A DNA stretch of 64,000 nucleotides from Octopus sinensis (taxonomy: Eukaryota). Shown piece after piece: positions 25,553 to 38,499 of this stretch (the first letter of the stretch is position 1; the number at the start of each line of letters is the position of its first letter). The position numbers and the translations under genes were made by a program. The DNA lies in NCBI RefSeq assembly GCF_006345805.1, contig NC_043022.1:6572001-6636000 (forward strand). The letters run 5' to 3'. The notes beneath the pieces were generated by a model. That model had not been told where the DNA came from and searched no databases. It was given only the letters and a program-made list of their open reading frames with translations.

Positions 25553-26574
25553 TCTAATATACAAATATTATTTGTATATGAACTGCAATGGTACATGGTT
25601 GTGAGACTTGGGCTCTGAATGCCTGAAAAGAAATTATGTATGATGCATAGGATGTGCAATATCAGTGTGCATGAATATCAGGGTACAAATGTGTTGCGGT
25701 AAAAACTGAACCTAGATTTAGAGCACAAGAGATCAGACTGTGTTGGTATGGGGGTGGATGAGGACAACTGTATAAAGAAGTGCCAATCACAGTGGATGGA
25801 AGAGTGTGGAGAGGAAGACCCAGGAAGATGTGGGACAGGATAATCCTCAGGTGTTGAGGTCCACAGTTGACAAAAGATGCGATATGCAGTGTTCAAGAAG
25901 ACCCACCCTTCTAAAAGTATAATGCGAATGCACACAACTGGGTCCCTCACCCAAATTGTCCCTATCAATCCTTCTCCACCCCTCTTTTCCGTATTACTAA
26001 TCACTCCATCACTTTTCTAAACCCTGTTGTAATTAAAGGAGATCAGAACTACATATTTCAATCCCTTCTCTGCACCACCATCTTTCTTCCTCTCTAAAAC
26101 CACTTCCTTTTCACATCCATCCTTCCCCACTCATCACCCTTTCTTCACTTCATAACTTCCTCGCCTTCTTCACTGTTTCCTATATTGGAAGTGTTGAATT
26201 CTTGCCCAAGCAGATGGCTGACTGTGAGTACACAACATTAAAAAGGCCAAAATGCATATGGTATCCTTGCTAGCAGTTGCTGCTACTAGTATAATATGCA
26301 GATGATGTGTGTGTGTGTTAGTGTGTAAATTTATTCATGAAGAAAAGGGCAGTGGAATTAAACCAGAATCCTTATGACCCTTTAGGACTTAGTTGTTAAA
26401 ATTCATGTGCAATAAATTATTTATGCTTCCACAATATACAAGATATTTTAACAATTTTTTATACAATTCTTAATAATATTTAATTATAAAAATATAACAG
26501 GTTTTTTAATCATTGAATAGCTTGGAGGGTCCGGAAGAGTAAACTAAGTCTTTGGCAGCTTCCAAGACCAGTGA

Positions 26575-26960
26575 GATCATCATCATCATCATCATCATCA
26601 TCATCGTTTAACGTCCATTCTCCATGCTAGCATGGGTTGGACGGTTCGACTGGGGATCTGGGAAGCCAGAAGGCTGCACCAGGCTCTGGTCTTATCTGGC
26701 AAAGTTTCTACAGCTGGATGCCCTTCCTTAACACCAACCACTCCATGAGTGTAGTGGGTGCTTTTTACATGCCACCTGCACTGGTGCCAGGCAAGGCTGG
26801 CATCGGCCACGGTCGGATTGGTGCATTTTATGGAAGCCAGTCAAGGCGGCACTGGCTTCGGCTACGATTCGGATGGTGCTTTTTACGTGCCACCGACACG
26901 GAAGCCAGTCGAGGCGGCGCTGGCATCAGCCACAATTTGGATGGTGCATTTTATGGAAGC
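26575..26960 (-). mobile_element. RTE 3'-UTR copy
   Basis: (cat)n tail and the tandem gtgcattttatggaagccagtc/ggtgctttttacgtgcc subrepeats. Confidence 0.75.
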
Positions 26961-27716
26961 CAGTCGAGGTGGCATTTGAGATGAAGGAAGGAATTTATTC
27001 TCAAGTGAAGATCTACCCCAGATGCTTGCAACAGGGTGGTCTCTACAAGCTGCAGCCAAGAATCAGGTGGTGGTGTTAAACTGGATGACAACAAAGTGGA
27101 TTCCACTAAATGTATCTGAGAGGCAAGGGAGGTGTTAAACTGGGTAACAGTTTTAGCTTATCCTTCAAGAACTTAGAACACAAAGAGCCAGGACAAACAA
27201 TACAAGGTACATTATTCTACAGTAAAAATCCCTTCAATGAACTGCCCTTCTTTATTTTACCAATCCTTGAAAGGTTGAAAGGAAAAGTTGATTTCAGTTT
27301 TGAGAAATTTTTTTCTTTACATTAAACGAAGAAAAATTCAAAAACAGTTAAAACATTTCAATAAAAACACTTTATTAAATATTAAAAAATTACATTTCAA
27401 AACAAAAGAAAACTTCACCTACTCAGTTTAATGAGGAGAAAATTAATTTTATCTCCTTGTTTTACTCATCAAAAACATATTTCATTTCATCACTGGATAT
27501 GGTGACTTTATTTTGTTTATTTTGCACCAGAAAAATATTTAGATTTACTCAAATCACCCTTGTTTTGTATTTGACTTGTTTTTGTTGATTTCTGTGGAAA
27601 CATACAGCCCAGGAAAGTTATCTCAGATAGATACAAGAGACAGGGAGTCCTGTAGCAGGCAAGAAGGGGTAAACAATTTGTTTTGATTGATTTGCTCATT
27701 CTTGTTTTATTTAAAT

Positions 27717-27974
27717 CAGTGGAATTAAACCAGAATCCATATGACCCTTTAGGGGTTCATAAAAGATTTGGTTGTTAAAATTCCTGTGCAATAAATTACT
27801 TATGCTTCTACAATATACAAAACAGTTTTTAACAATTTTTTATACAATTCTTAATAATATTTTAATTATAAAAATATAACAAGACTTTTTAAATCATTGA
27901 ATGGCTTTGAGGGTCCGGAAGAGGAAAATGGGAATCAAAGGGGTCCATAGGCAAAAAATGGTAGAGAATCACTG
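27717..27974. mobile_element. hAT (Charlie-like) MITE; a partial second copy at ~26350-26520
   Basis: CAGTG...CACTG ends, 8-bp flanks ATTTAAAT/ATTTAAAG; body repeated at 26350. Confidence 0.65.
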
Positions 27975-28854
27975 ATTTAAAGCAAAAAATTAGTTCAGTG
28001 AACACATGTGTGTGTATGTGTGTGTGTGTGTGAGAGGAGGTGAGCAAGAGGTGGGGTTGGGGGTGGATATCAATGTCTTGATTGAGTAAATCAATTTTGT
28101 TTCTGTAAATGAAAGATATTCTCAGCTGATGAACCAACAAATACTTAATTACCAAATAAATAAAAGTTAACAAATTGAGTTTTAAAACATTTGAACAAGG
28201 AGAGTTTGAGACTATAAATACTGTTGGGTCAATTAGGAAAGAACAAAAATGGAAATGACTGAAGAATAATTATAATGCAAAGAATAATTATTGAATAAAT
28301 ATGGAATAAATAGGGTTAATGAATGACAGAATAATTCAGCAAAATGAATAAAGACTAATGGATTGAACCAATAATGCAACATTTTGTTTTCTTTTTTTTT
28401 ATTTCATTTTCTCTAGGTTGTTGTGTAATTTTTATTTTGGCCTTCTTCCTTAGAACTAGGGTCTATGTAGAAGGAAATCAATATAAATAGCAAATATATA
28501 ATTATTATTATTATTATATCATTTATTGGTTCACAAACATAAAAAAAGTGATAATAAATAGGGATGAGTTCTGATGAGGCTAAAAGCTCATCTGTGTAGT
28601 TTATAGTCCATGGTGTTGATTGGTGTTGCTCTACGTTGAGGACAAAAACCATTTACTGTAGACATACAACAGCAGTGGTTCCCAACCAGGGATCCATATA
28701 ACATTTTTGGGGGTCCGTGTTAGTAAAATAGTAAATTAGAGGTCCACAGTAATATTTGTAATGTACCTGAGCCTGGGTGTTTGTTCTATCATTTCAAGGG
28801 TGTGTGTAGATGTTTGATTTAAATGTATTTATGGCAAGACACAGCTAGGTTTCT

Positions 28855-29228
28855 TTCTCTTTTACTTGTTTCAGTCATTTGACTGCGGCCATGTTGGAGC
28901 ACCGCCTTTAGTCGAGCCCAGTACTTATTCTATTGTAAGCCCAGTACTTATTCTATCGGTCTCTTTTGCCGAACCGCTAAGTAACGGGGACGTAAACACA
29001 CCAGCATCGGTTGTCAAGCAATGCTAGGGGGACAAACACAGACACACAAACATATATATATACGACAGGCTTCTTTCAGTTTCCGTCTACCAAATCCACT
29101 CACAAGGCATTGGTCGGCCCGAGGCTATAGCAGAAGACACTTGCCCAAGATGCCATGCAGTGGGACTGAACCCGCAACCATGTGGTTGGTTAGCAAGCTA
29201 CTTACCACACAGCTATTCCTGCGCCTAT
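28855..29228 (-). mobile_element. SINE family B
   Basis: Family B copy with a small internal duplication (gcccagtacttattctat). Confidence 0.85.
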
Positions 29229-29304
29229 CTTCTCTAACATTTTTGCATAGTTAATGGGAATTAATAGTAATTTTGAAAGGCATATCAATAAAATTAGTTT
29301 TTAA

Positions 29305-29523
29305 CCCTTTAGTATTTAAACCGGCCATATCCGGCCAAAATAGTTAATCTGTTTTATGTTCAAACTGACCAGATCCAGGCTCTCACACCTACCCTACAAT
29401 GTTATTCAACATTAAGTAATTGCACCATCAAGATCTTGAAGATATGAGATAATGCATGATTAATTCAAATCAATGTGAATCAATAGGCATTATGTTTGAT
29501 AGAATAATCTGAACACTAAAGGG
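29305..29523. mobile_element. piggyBac-like MITE
   Basis: TTAA|ccctttagt...actaaaggg|TTAA. Confidence 0.75.
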
Positions 29524-30262
29524 TTAAACATCAAACGGGCAGGAGTGTCCACCAGAATTAAATAGAACACAATGGGGTCAATGGGGTCTATAGGTAAAAA
29601 AAATGGTTAAGAAACACTGCACTACAGGAATACACCCACGATCATGGTTACTCTTGATTATCTGCCAATGGTATTCATTGGATCAAACAGAGGTATGAAT
29701 GATAAAAACTGAACTCAGAACAAGATGACAGTGAGTTCAATTCAATGAAGTATCAGCCTGTCTCCACCATCAAGGACTGAATAAATAGTAGAATTAAATA
29801 AATATTTAAACAATAAATAGAAAGTGAACAGTAATAACAGAGAGTTTGGTTGTGACAGTTGACTTAAACCCCACCCTATTACTGGTATCTGATCTGTCAA
29901 ACTGATTCAAATACACAAATGGAAATATGAGGTATGGAAGGAGGTATCTATCTTACTTCTTTCTCCATTCTCAACACAAAACCTCTTTATTCTATAGGTC
30001 AATAAATAGCCCTGACATATATAAATCCATGCATGAACACACACACACATGCACACACACACATACAGTATAAATATAAGAGGAATGTATGTTTGAACAT
30101 AAAACCTTAAAGTTACAAAAACAGAATAGGACATTGTAATGTTTGCAATCTCCAAGGAAATCCTACTTAAATGAAAGAGGTTTCAATTAAACCGCAAGTT
30201 AAATCTCAAATTCAACAACAAAGTTAGGCAATATAACCATTACACACAACACACACACACAG

Positions 30263-30304
<42 letters not shown>

Positions 30305-32028
30305 AATTGAGCAAAAAAATACAGAGACTGAGTGGTTATGTAGAGAACTGGTAAGTAGGGAACCACTAAGCAGTGAATGAAAATAGTGAATACATTCTGA
30401 ACAAATGGACATGTTTAGCTGAAACAATAGATTATCATAGTTAAATGTAGGTCAAAAATAACTTTTACAAAAATGGTTGTATAACAAAACGAGGAATTTT
30501 TTATCATTAAAAAATGTTTTGATGAATAACTTTTGTGGGTTTTTTTTTTTTTTCTGAGAGTTGCACTGACAGACCAGTTAAAGTGCTGGACACTGGACAA
30601 CATGGACCACCAGTTTGTATTCTATCATGAGTGGTAAATTGACGAGAGCTAAACTAAAACTACAACCAAATATGTAGATTAACATTATTATTATGCTTCA
30701 ACGCTATTTTGTGTACATATTTTTCTGCATGCAATGACACACACACACACACAATATGCTTTATTTGAACTAAATGTCTAACCAGGGACAAATTTTAATC
30801 ATTAAAATTCTTTCTTCTACAAAAGTTGAACCAATGTAAAGTTTGGAATTAAGTTTTTATCTGTCCCTGAATAAATTACTTCTCAGACTCCAATCATTTC
30901 TTATGTTGACACAAAGTCATCCATTTATGAGAGAAAAGTGAAATCTCTCAAACACAAACAATCAAAACTCAGTTCACATTTAAATAATTTGTTGTTATTT
31001 GTTCTACCAAAGCACATCAACTGTTACTATTCAATCAATATAAATTACCTGACGTTATTGTGTTCCCAATTACATTACCTGCTGTTTCTCTACAGTCAGG
31101 TCAGGTCAGGAGTGGCGGCATGTGCCATTGCATTCACCATTTGTTGGTATATTCCTGGGTTTTTCCAGGTGATCCATTAAGTAGAGTCCCAGTCAGTCTC
31201 CAACCCTGTGAGACACTTCCTCATCTGCTGCGACCATGTGGCATGTGGTTGACCAACATGAGCTGTCAACCCAGCTGGATCCTCAGTGAAGAGAACACAG
31301 TAAGCAGGGTCCGAGTCAGAAGATCAAGTAGCATGGCTGGGACTCCCGAATCATATAGTGCTCATTTGAGGTTGAATAAATTAGAGAAACATCACAAATC
31401 AAAGTGCATATGCACATAAATGCAATTGCTTTTTCTGCACAATAATTGAAGAAAAATCAGGAGGAAAGTAAGAATGAAACAGAATTAAATACAAAAGGAG
31501 TACATCGTTAATAATACAATTTGAAGACTTTTAACAATGAAAGTTACAAAAACTAAAAAAAAAAGAAAACATGAGTTGAATAATGATATGAATCATAACA
31601 AAACCTTTTGTGATATATTACGGGTTTTTTTGTTTGTTTTTTTAACTATGTATATGTGTTTTTTTATAATAAAAAAGGTAATGTAAAGAGCAGTTACTTC
31701 AATTTGATATAAAATTCGATACAAAAAAATACTAAAATGTTTGTTCAACACCATTTATACATAATCTGCTTTTTAAATAAAAATAATTAAAACAATTTCT
31801 ATATCAATTGAAAGTACTTCTAAAATAGTCTACAAATAAAAACTCTAAGTCAAAAAATGGTCTATATAAATATAAACTGTAAGTACTTCACATATAAAAG
31901 TTAATTTTCAAAGCGTTAAGCCAGTTTTAACTCAAAAATGTCAATTTTATAAATTGAGAGGATAGGCCGTATAAGTTAATGGCAATATATACTGATAGCA
32001 ATATATATTTCATAGTATATATATATAT

Positions 32029-32061
<33 letters not shown>

Positions 32062-32864
32062 AATGTGTGTGTGTGTATGTATATCTGTGTAGTTTTATCA
32101 ACTTCAGATAAACGAAAATTAAATGAATTTCTGGAAGGACTTAACTTAAGCCATTAAACTAAATGCCATGTCGCCTGCTCTCCTATTATCTGTACTATTT
32201 TAAACCAAGCTTAAATAATTTTTAAAATTATATTAATTCCTTTGATTAGATACAAAGTCTTTAAAAAAATATATCTTTCAGAAAGAAAAGAGCCATGTTA
32301 GACTAAATTGACCTCAGTATGTAACTGGTATTTTCTGATTCACTGAGTGATGAAAAGGCAAACCTCAGTGGACATAATGTAAAGGATTTAGTTTGATAGA
32401 CAAGTGTGTCAGTCATATCAACCACACATCTAATCACAGTAACATTTTGATAATTACTAATTAATTACTGATACATTAACACATTTTAATGACTTGATAT
32501 GATACTTTTAAAAAATAGATTTAAAAATCTAAAATATTGAGATAAGAATGGTTTAATAAAAACAGCTTTTAAGAAAAAACAAAAAAAAAACTGAGTAATA
32601 GTTACATATGATATTGATCTTTAAATGATTCCTATTGATTATTACTTATCAACTGTAAACTTAGTTTCTAGGGATCAAAATAACTAATATAATATGCAAC
32701 ACCTGATTAGAGTTGTTCTGTAAAACACACACACACACAAACTGTGTTAAATCATTTTTAAATCAGGTAAAAGTTCTAACATAACCATATCTTTTTTTAT
32801 TAGGTACATTATTGACTCGTGTATCTGTGTGTGTATATATATGTATCTATACATGTAGTGTGCA

Positions 32865-33170
32865 TATATAGCTTCCATGACTTTCGGAAACACTTTTTTA
32901 CACTCAGAGTTGCTGAAGCATGGAACAAACTACCTGCATCAGTTGTTAGTTACTGAGACATTGCATCCTTTAAAACCTCCATGCTTCCTGAAGTTCACCA
33001 ACACTACACCTGATATCCCCCCTACCTGCTTCATACACATGCACACATTTCTATCATGACTCATACACTGTTCACTTTCCTGACTTTTGTCCATAATTCT
33101 ATGTACTGTACATGCACCTTTGAGGAGTTGTAGTGCACCTGAGCACTAGACACAATAATTTCATTATTAT
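32865..33170 (+). mobile_element. CR1-type LINE 3' end
   Basis: HDFRKHFFTLRVAEAWNKLPASVVS (typical CR1 C-terminus) followed by a 3'UTR and an (att)n tail. Confidence 0.75.
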
Positions 33171-33200
33171 TAATATATATATGTATATGTCAGTATAGCG

Positions 33201-33231
<31 letters not shown>

Positions 33232-33383
33232 TAAGAATGCATGGTGACTGACTGAAGAAGTTACTGTATTAATCCACCCCCACCCTCCATCATGTGACAG
33301 GGGAATTTTCCTAAATTTTTTGCTTGCATAATTTATCCTATGCTCAAATAATCGCAACATTTTTGATGGTTACTGCTCAAGTA

Positions 33384-33766
33384 TCTCTCTCTATATAAAC
33401 GGCAGTTTGTCTGTGTGTGTGTCTGTGTGTCTGTCAGGTTGTACCCTCACCCTGACCACGGCTTTCAACCGATTCTGATGAAACTTGACACACACATAGC
33501 CCAATGTCATAATTCAAAACTAACGCAGCGAAAATTTTGAAAAGTTCCCCCAGTTCTGAAAAAAATCGATAAATTCGACATGGGGTCGACAATTAGAAAC
33601 ACAAACCGCAAACTGTCTAGGGGACGCAACTCCACCTTTTTTAACTAAAAAAAAAATTTACCATCATTTTCTTCCATTTTTTTGCTATTTTTTGGCTATA
33701 ACTCTCTAGAAATGCTTTATAGTTATTTCCCTTACAAACTTGAGCAACGCCGGGCAATACTGCTAC
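33384..33766 (+). mobile_element. Non-autonomous Helitron
   Basis: A|TC start, subterminal gagcaacgccgggc hairpin remnant, CTAC|T end; 3' end shared with 40768-41279. Confidence 0.65.
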
Positions 33767-33993
33767 TCTATTAATAAATATAATACATTGTACTGATATG
33801 TCTATAAATATAAATACATATATAATATTATACATATGCACACATATATACCAATTTATAAATATCTGATCTATGAATCTATAAAGTATTACTGAATTAA
33901 AATAACAATCAATGAATCCAAACAAAAAAAAACAAACAATAGCTTTTCTTTTTTTCTTTCAAATTCCAAGACCACCTGAAATACACTTTGGAG

Positions 33994-34101
33994 TTATACT
34001 TCTTCACCCCAGGTGGGCACAAGTTCACTTTCATTGTCAAAGTCCATTTTATGTGAGGAACAAATTGATGAGTTATTAGTTGACTGGTTGTTGATATTAG
34101 C
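33994..34101 (-). CDS. HMG-box gene, putative terminal coding exon
   Basis: Acceptor ttttgtctttttctcag; phase 0 matches the 36911 donor; encodes ANINNQSTNNSSICSSHKMDFDNESELVPTWGEEV*. An internal donor (GTGAAG) cannot be excluded. Confidence 0.5.
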   Translation of the reverse strand, partial: ANINNQSTNNSSICSSHKMDFDNESELVPTWGEEV

Positions 34102-34723
34102 CTGAGAAAAAGACAAAATATATAAAACATGTTTCAATGGTGGTTAAAACATCACAGATTTCAAAATAATCTACCCCACAGTCTGACACCTTGGGCAAGT
34201 ATCTTCTCCTATAGCCCCAGGCCGATTATATAAACATAATCAGCTCTCCTGCTTATAGCTACACAATAACATTGAGATTCGCTTACTTTTTATCTTGTCA
34301 TATATATATATAAGGCTTTGGTCAGCTTAAGGTTATAGTAGAAGACACTTACCCAAGGTGCCACACAGTGTGATTGAACCCAGAACCATGTGGTTGGAAA
34401 GCTAGCTTCTGACCACCACTCAGCCATGCCCACACCTACATGTGCAAATATATTTAGCTTCAATGAACTTTTCATGCAGACAGTAGAATATGGTGCAGTT
34501 TTGTGATTTGCTTAAACAACATCGATACCAATGCCAACGCCATAACACTGACAAAGACAGAGAAATATGTTCCCGTATATTGAACAATTTTATCGTGATG
34601 TTGCTGTAATGATGTTGTTGTTTAACCCTACATCAATCTTGATTGAGTCTTCCAACCATGACCATCCAATCTTTTTCCAGATATGGTACTACATTATTCC
34701 ATTATTCGTGTTTGATTATTCGG

Positions 34724-34844
34724 GTCGAGAGGTAGGCCCCGAAAGGGTGCGCATTCTCTCCTGATGACCCCATACACTTGCTAGCTTCTGATATACGGAG
34801 CTTTTAACTGGTAGCACTTGCATGTGCAAGTTGTTTGCAAGACA
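34724..34844 (+). mobile_element. Short 3'-end copy of the HERO-like element
   Basis: Near-identical to 56984-57104. Confidence 0.85.
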
Positions 34845-35476
34845 CAGTAGGGTATGGTTTGAGGGGAGATTTGGTTCCTATTTCTACCAGCTCAAATGAC
34901 AGCAAAGAGCCTCCTTAATAGGTTTGTTGCTGTGTAATATTCTATGCCTGTAAACTCAGAAGCCCTACAGTGATTGTCTAAAAATAAATAAGACATGAGC
35001 CATTGGACAGGGGGGTGGTATTCAGTGTTAACTTATAAGAATGACAAGATAAAGAAAAAGTAGGTGAATCTGAAAGTTATTATGTAGCTATAAGCAGGAG
35101 AGACGATTATGTTTTTGATATGGTTTTGAATAGGTGGTGTATTCTTCGTGAAAAAAACTCCCACTAGGTTGTACATGATAGATGAAAACAAGATTAAGAT
35201 TGACCTGAGGCTCCTCTTTATATCCCTGTAGTATGTGTTAAAAGGACAAGCTAGATACACAGGTTGGCAAAGATTTTCTAATTTCCTTAGTAAGTTAAAA
35301 AATATATTGTTATATTTCAAGATGGTTTATTTATATATATATTTTTTTGCCAATATTTATTTTAAAAAATAGCTTTAACAAAAAAGGTCACTTTAAAGAT
35401 TTAGAGGATTACTTTAAATTATCGATTTAAAGCTTGAATCATCTGATTGCATAGTTTTAACAGTATTTAGACAAAT

Positions 35477-35710
35477 AAGGTGGCGAGCTGGCAGAAACGT
35501 TAGCACGCCGGGCGAAATGCTTAGCGGTATTTCGTCTGCGTTACGTTGTGAGTTTAAATTCTGCCGAGGTCGACTTTGCCTTTCATCCTTTCGGGGTCGA
35601 TAAATTAAGTACCAGTTACACACTGGGGTCGATGTAATCGACTTAATACCTATGTCTGTCCTTGTTTGTCCCCTCTGTGTTTAGCCCCTAGTGGGTAATA
35701 AAGAAATAAG
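35477..35710 (+). mobile_element. SINE family A with TSD
   Basis: Full head-to-tail copy flanked by AGTATTTAGACAA duplication. Confidence 0.9.
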
Positions 35711-35909
35711 TATTTAGACAATAAAACCATCAAACAATAAATCCTATCTATGTACACAATAGAATATTCCAGTTTCTATCAATTATCTATCACCATTTTA
35801 CATTTGTTTTGCCATCCTTACATGGGTTGGACATGTTTTCTCCAGTACAGAGTCTTTTGCAACAATCTAAGATCAACCTGCTCCACCTCTAATTCTTTCC
35901 TCATGATCA

Positions 35910-36230
35910 CTTTGCGGCACGTAAAAAGCACCATCCAAATCGTGGCCAAAGCCAGTGCCGCCTCGACTGGCTTCCGTGCAGGTGGCACGTAAAATGCACC
36001 AATCCGACCGTGGCCGATGACAGCCTCGCCTGGCACCAGTGCAGGTGGCACGTAAAAAGCACCCACTACACTCACGGAGTGGTTGGCGTTAGGAAGGGCA
36101 TCCAGCTGTAGAAACATTGCCAGATAAGACCGGAGCCTGGTGCAGCCTTCTGGCTTCCCAGATCCCCGGTCGAACCGTCCAACCCATGCTAGCATGGAGA
36201 ACGGACGTTAAACGATGATGATGATGATGA
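35910..36230 (+). mobile_element. RTE 3'-UTR copy
   Basis: Near-identical to 10430-10732, with a (gat)n tail. Confidence 0.8.
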
Positions 36231-36612
36231 TCCCTATGTCTATATATCAAAGCACCCTCTAGCTGATTCCTCTTGCATCAAGTTTCTCTTTCATCTCATT
36301 TGTTCCTTGTTGTTTATACACATTAACATTACACACCCAGTACATCACTCATTGCCGTTTATTACAAGCCTTCAAACATCTTCCATATTCAATGCAGAAC
36401 TACATTTCCTTACCAAAGCATCATGCAATCTGCTCTTTACTCAAAGAAAGGGTCACTTTGTTGTCCACAGAAGTAAAAGCTCCCTAAACACTTTCCACTT
36501 CATCCTTACTCTGGTTTCTATGTTTGATGGAACATCAACCTTTTCTGTCACCAGTTCCTCTCTAAAATAAATGGAATTATCACACAATCAACCCCCTTTG
36601 TGATGAATTTAA

Positions 36613-36832
36613 CCCTTTAGCATTTAAACTGGCCATACCCAGTCCAAATATTCTAACCATTTTATGTTCAATCTGGCCAGATCTAGCCTCTCACACATAC
36701 ACTACAATGCCATTTTAAAAATAAACAATCATGCCAACGGAATCTTGAAGCTATGAAACAATGCATGATTAATTCAAAATTAAGTGAATAAATGAGCATT
36801 ACAATCGACAGAGTAATCAGAATGCTAAAGAG
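36613..36832. mobile_element. piggyBac-like MITE
   Basis: TTAA|ccctttagc...gctaaagag|TTAA. Confidence 0.7.
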
Positions 36833-36910
36833 TTAAAAAAACAAAAGCTGACACGATCACTGTGAAGTGAAACCAAGACTACAAGCTGATGACAGAAGAG
36901 GGTGTATTAC

Positions 36911-37128
36911 CTTCCAGGTGCAATGGTTGGTTGACCAATTCAAAGCTGTCAAAGATGGACTTTGGAAAATCTTACAGGGATTATATTCTGGAACTTCACA
37001 ATGAGAGTAATTTTGACTGACGTCTCTTGGAAATGTTGTTGTTAAGAAACCTTCATCTTTTGAGTGTTGCAAATTCATTTCAGGAACAATCTGGAAACCA
37101 TTTCCTGTATTTCTGCTAAAAAGTTGAG
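36911..37128 (-). CDS. HMG-box gene internal exon (218 nt)
   Basis: Acceptor atttctcctcttgacag, donor AAG|GTAATA; open frame (A)QLFSRNTG...NHCTWK; phase 1 to 0, compatible with the HMG exon. Confidence 0.65.
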
Positions 37129-37323
37129 CTGTCAAGAGGAGAAATAATTCAGTCCAAAAAGTTTGCTTTTATTTTTTTTAATCATTATTTTTGTAATTAT
37201 CATGCTAATTCAACCAGTTCTCTGCCTTAGCTAGGAAAATTGCTTAAAAGCATTTCATCTGTCTTCACATTCTGAGTTCAATTCTGCCAGGGTTGACTTT
37301 GGTTTTCATCTAATCTGGGGCTG

Positions 37324-37596
37324 TGGACGTCAGCAGCCGGGTGTGTTGATCGGAAGCTGGGGCAAGCGGAAGGGGTCAGCCGTCAGGCGTGTGCAGGGAG
37401 CGGAGATTGCGCCCTTTCCAACGTGGGTTGTGCAGGGGACAAGACGTGTGAGGACGTCGCTAAGGGTTTGGGCTAGCAGCTGCTATCGTTAGTGTTCGGG
37501 TCGGGGCTGTGAGGAAGGACTAGTCATCACTGGAGGGTCTCCGTCACTAAGAAGAGAAGGTAGGTGCCTCTATATTCAAATCGCGCACTCACCACA
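37324..37596. mobile_element. Unidentified GC-rich 273-bp insertion with a 45-bp direct flanking duplication
   Basis: CAATTCTGCCAGGG...TAATCTGGGGCTG is repeated exactly at 37279-37323 and 37597-37641, splitting an old SINE. Confidence 0.75.
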
Positions 37597-37994
37597 CAAT
37601 TCTGCCAGGGTTGACTTTGGTTTTCATCTAATCTGGGGCTGATACAATAAGTACCATCTGAGCACTGAGGTTGACATAAACGACTTACCCACTGCCTTGA
37701 AATTGTTGGCCTTGTGCCAAAAATATGAAATCAATATTTTCATGTTTCCTTTACATTTAAAGGCAGAGTTCCGGTGGAATTGCCACTGTCCCAGACAAAA
37801 TGCTTAGCACCATTTTTTCTGGTTTTACATTCTGAGTTCAACTATGCATTTCATCCTATCAGGTAAAACAAATACCAACTGAGAATTAGGAGCAATGTAA
37901 TTGACTGTCCCCCTTTCCCAAAACTTCAAACCTTGTGCCTATAGTAGAAAGGACTTTCATATCTCCCAATTTATCAATCGAAATAAATACTTAC

Positions 37995-38239
37995 CGTCAT
38001 CAATATCATCAATATCAATTACTTTTTTCACATCAACATTTTGCAGGTCATCAGTCAGTTTACTACACTGTGCATCATTCTTCTCTAAAGCAGCAAGTGT
38101 CATTAGGGTCTTCTTTTGTTCGGCTGATAAACCACGCCACATTTTGGACACTTTTGATGCTATGTCCATGTCATCTAATCGTTGTTCATACGGTCGGTGT
38201 TTCATTTCTTCAACTATTTGTTTGTAAAAGAAGAAATAA
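37995..38239 (-). CDS. HMG-box domain exon (245 nt)
   Basis: Acceptor tgttttggcag, donor G|GTAAGT; YFFFYKQIVEEMK...DIASKVSKMWRGLSAEQKKTLMTLAALEK fits the HMG-box pattern (aromatic helix 1, W..LS.E.K...A..EK). Orthology not recognised. Confidence 0.8.
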
Positions 38240-38499
38240 CTGCCAAAACAAAAAAAAAAGAGAGAGAGAGAGAGAGACATGTAGGGAATAATAATGAGAT
38301 GTGTATAACTGCTTGCTTTTATTTCTGATACTTGAAAGCAAAATAATACAATAAAAATAATCACACAGCACATAGTTTGTTAATACCAAGCAAAATGTAA
38401 CAGAATTCTGACATGAAAATTTTGTAATATCTATATATATAACAATTAACCGTTTTGTTGCTATATACCCTTGGTTCTATGATACAAATTCTGTCTGTG

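Noticed and set aside
27517-30427. Further downstream exons of the HMG gene (acceptor-like sites at ~27607, ~30015, ~30420)
   Set aside because: Short frames with weak or missing donors; they cannot be distinguished from chance in AT-rich DNA.
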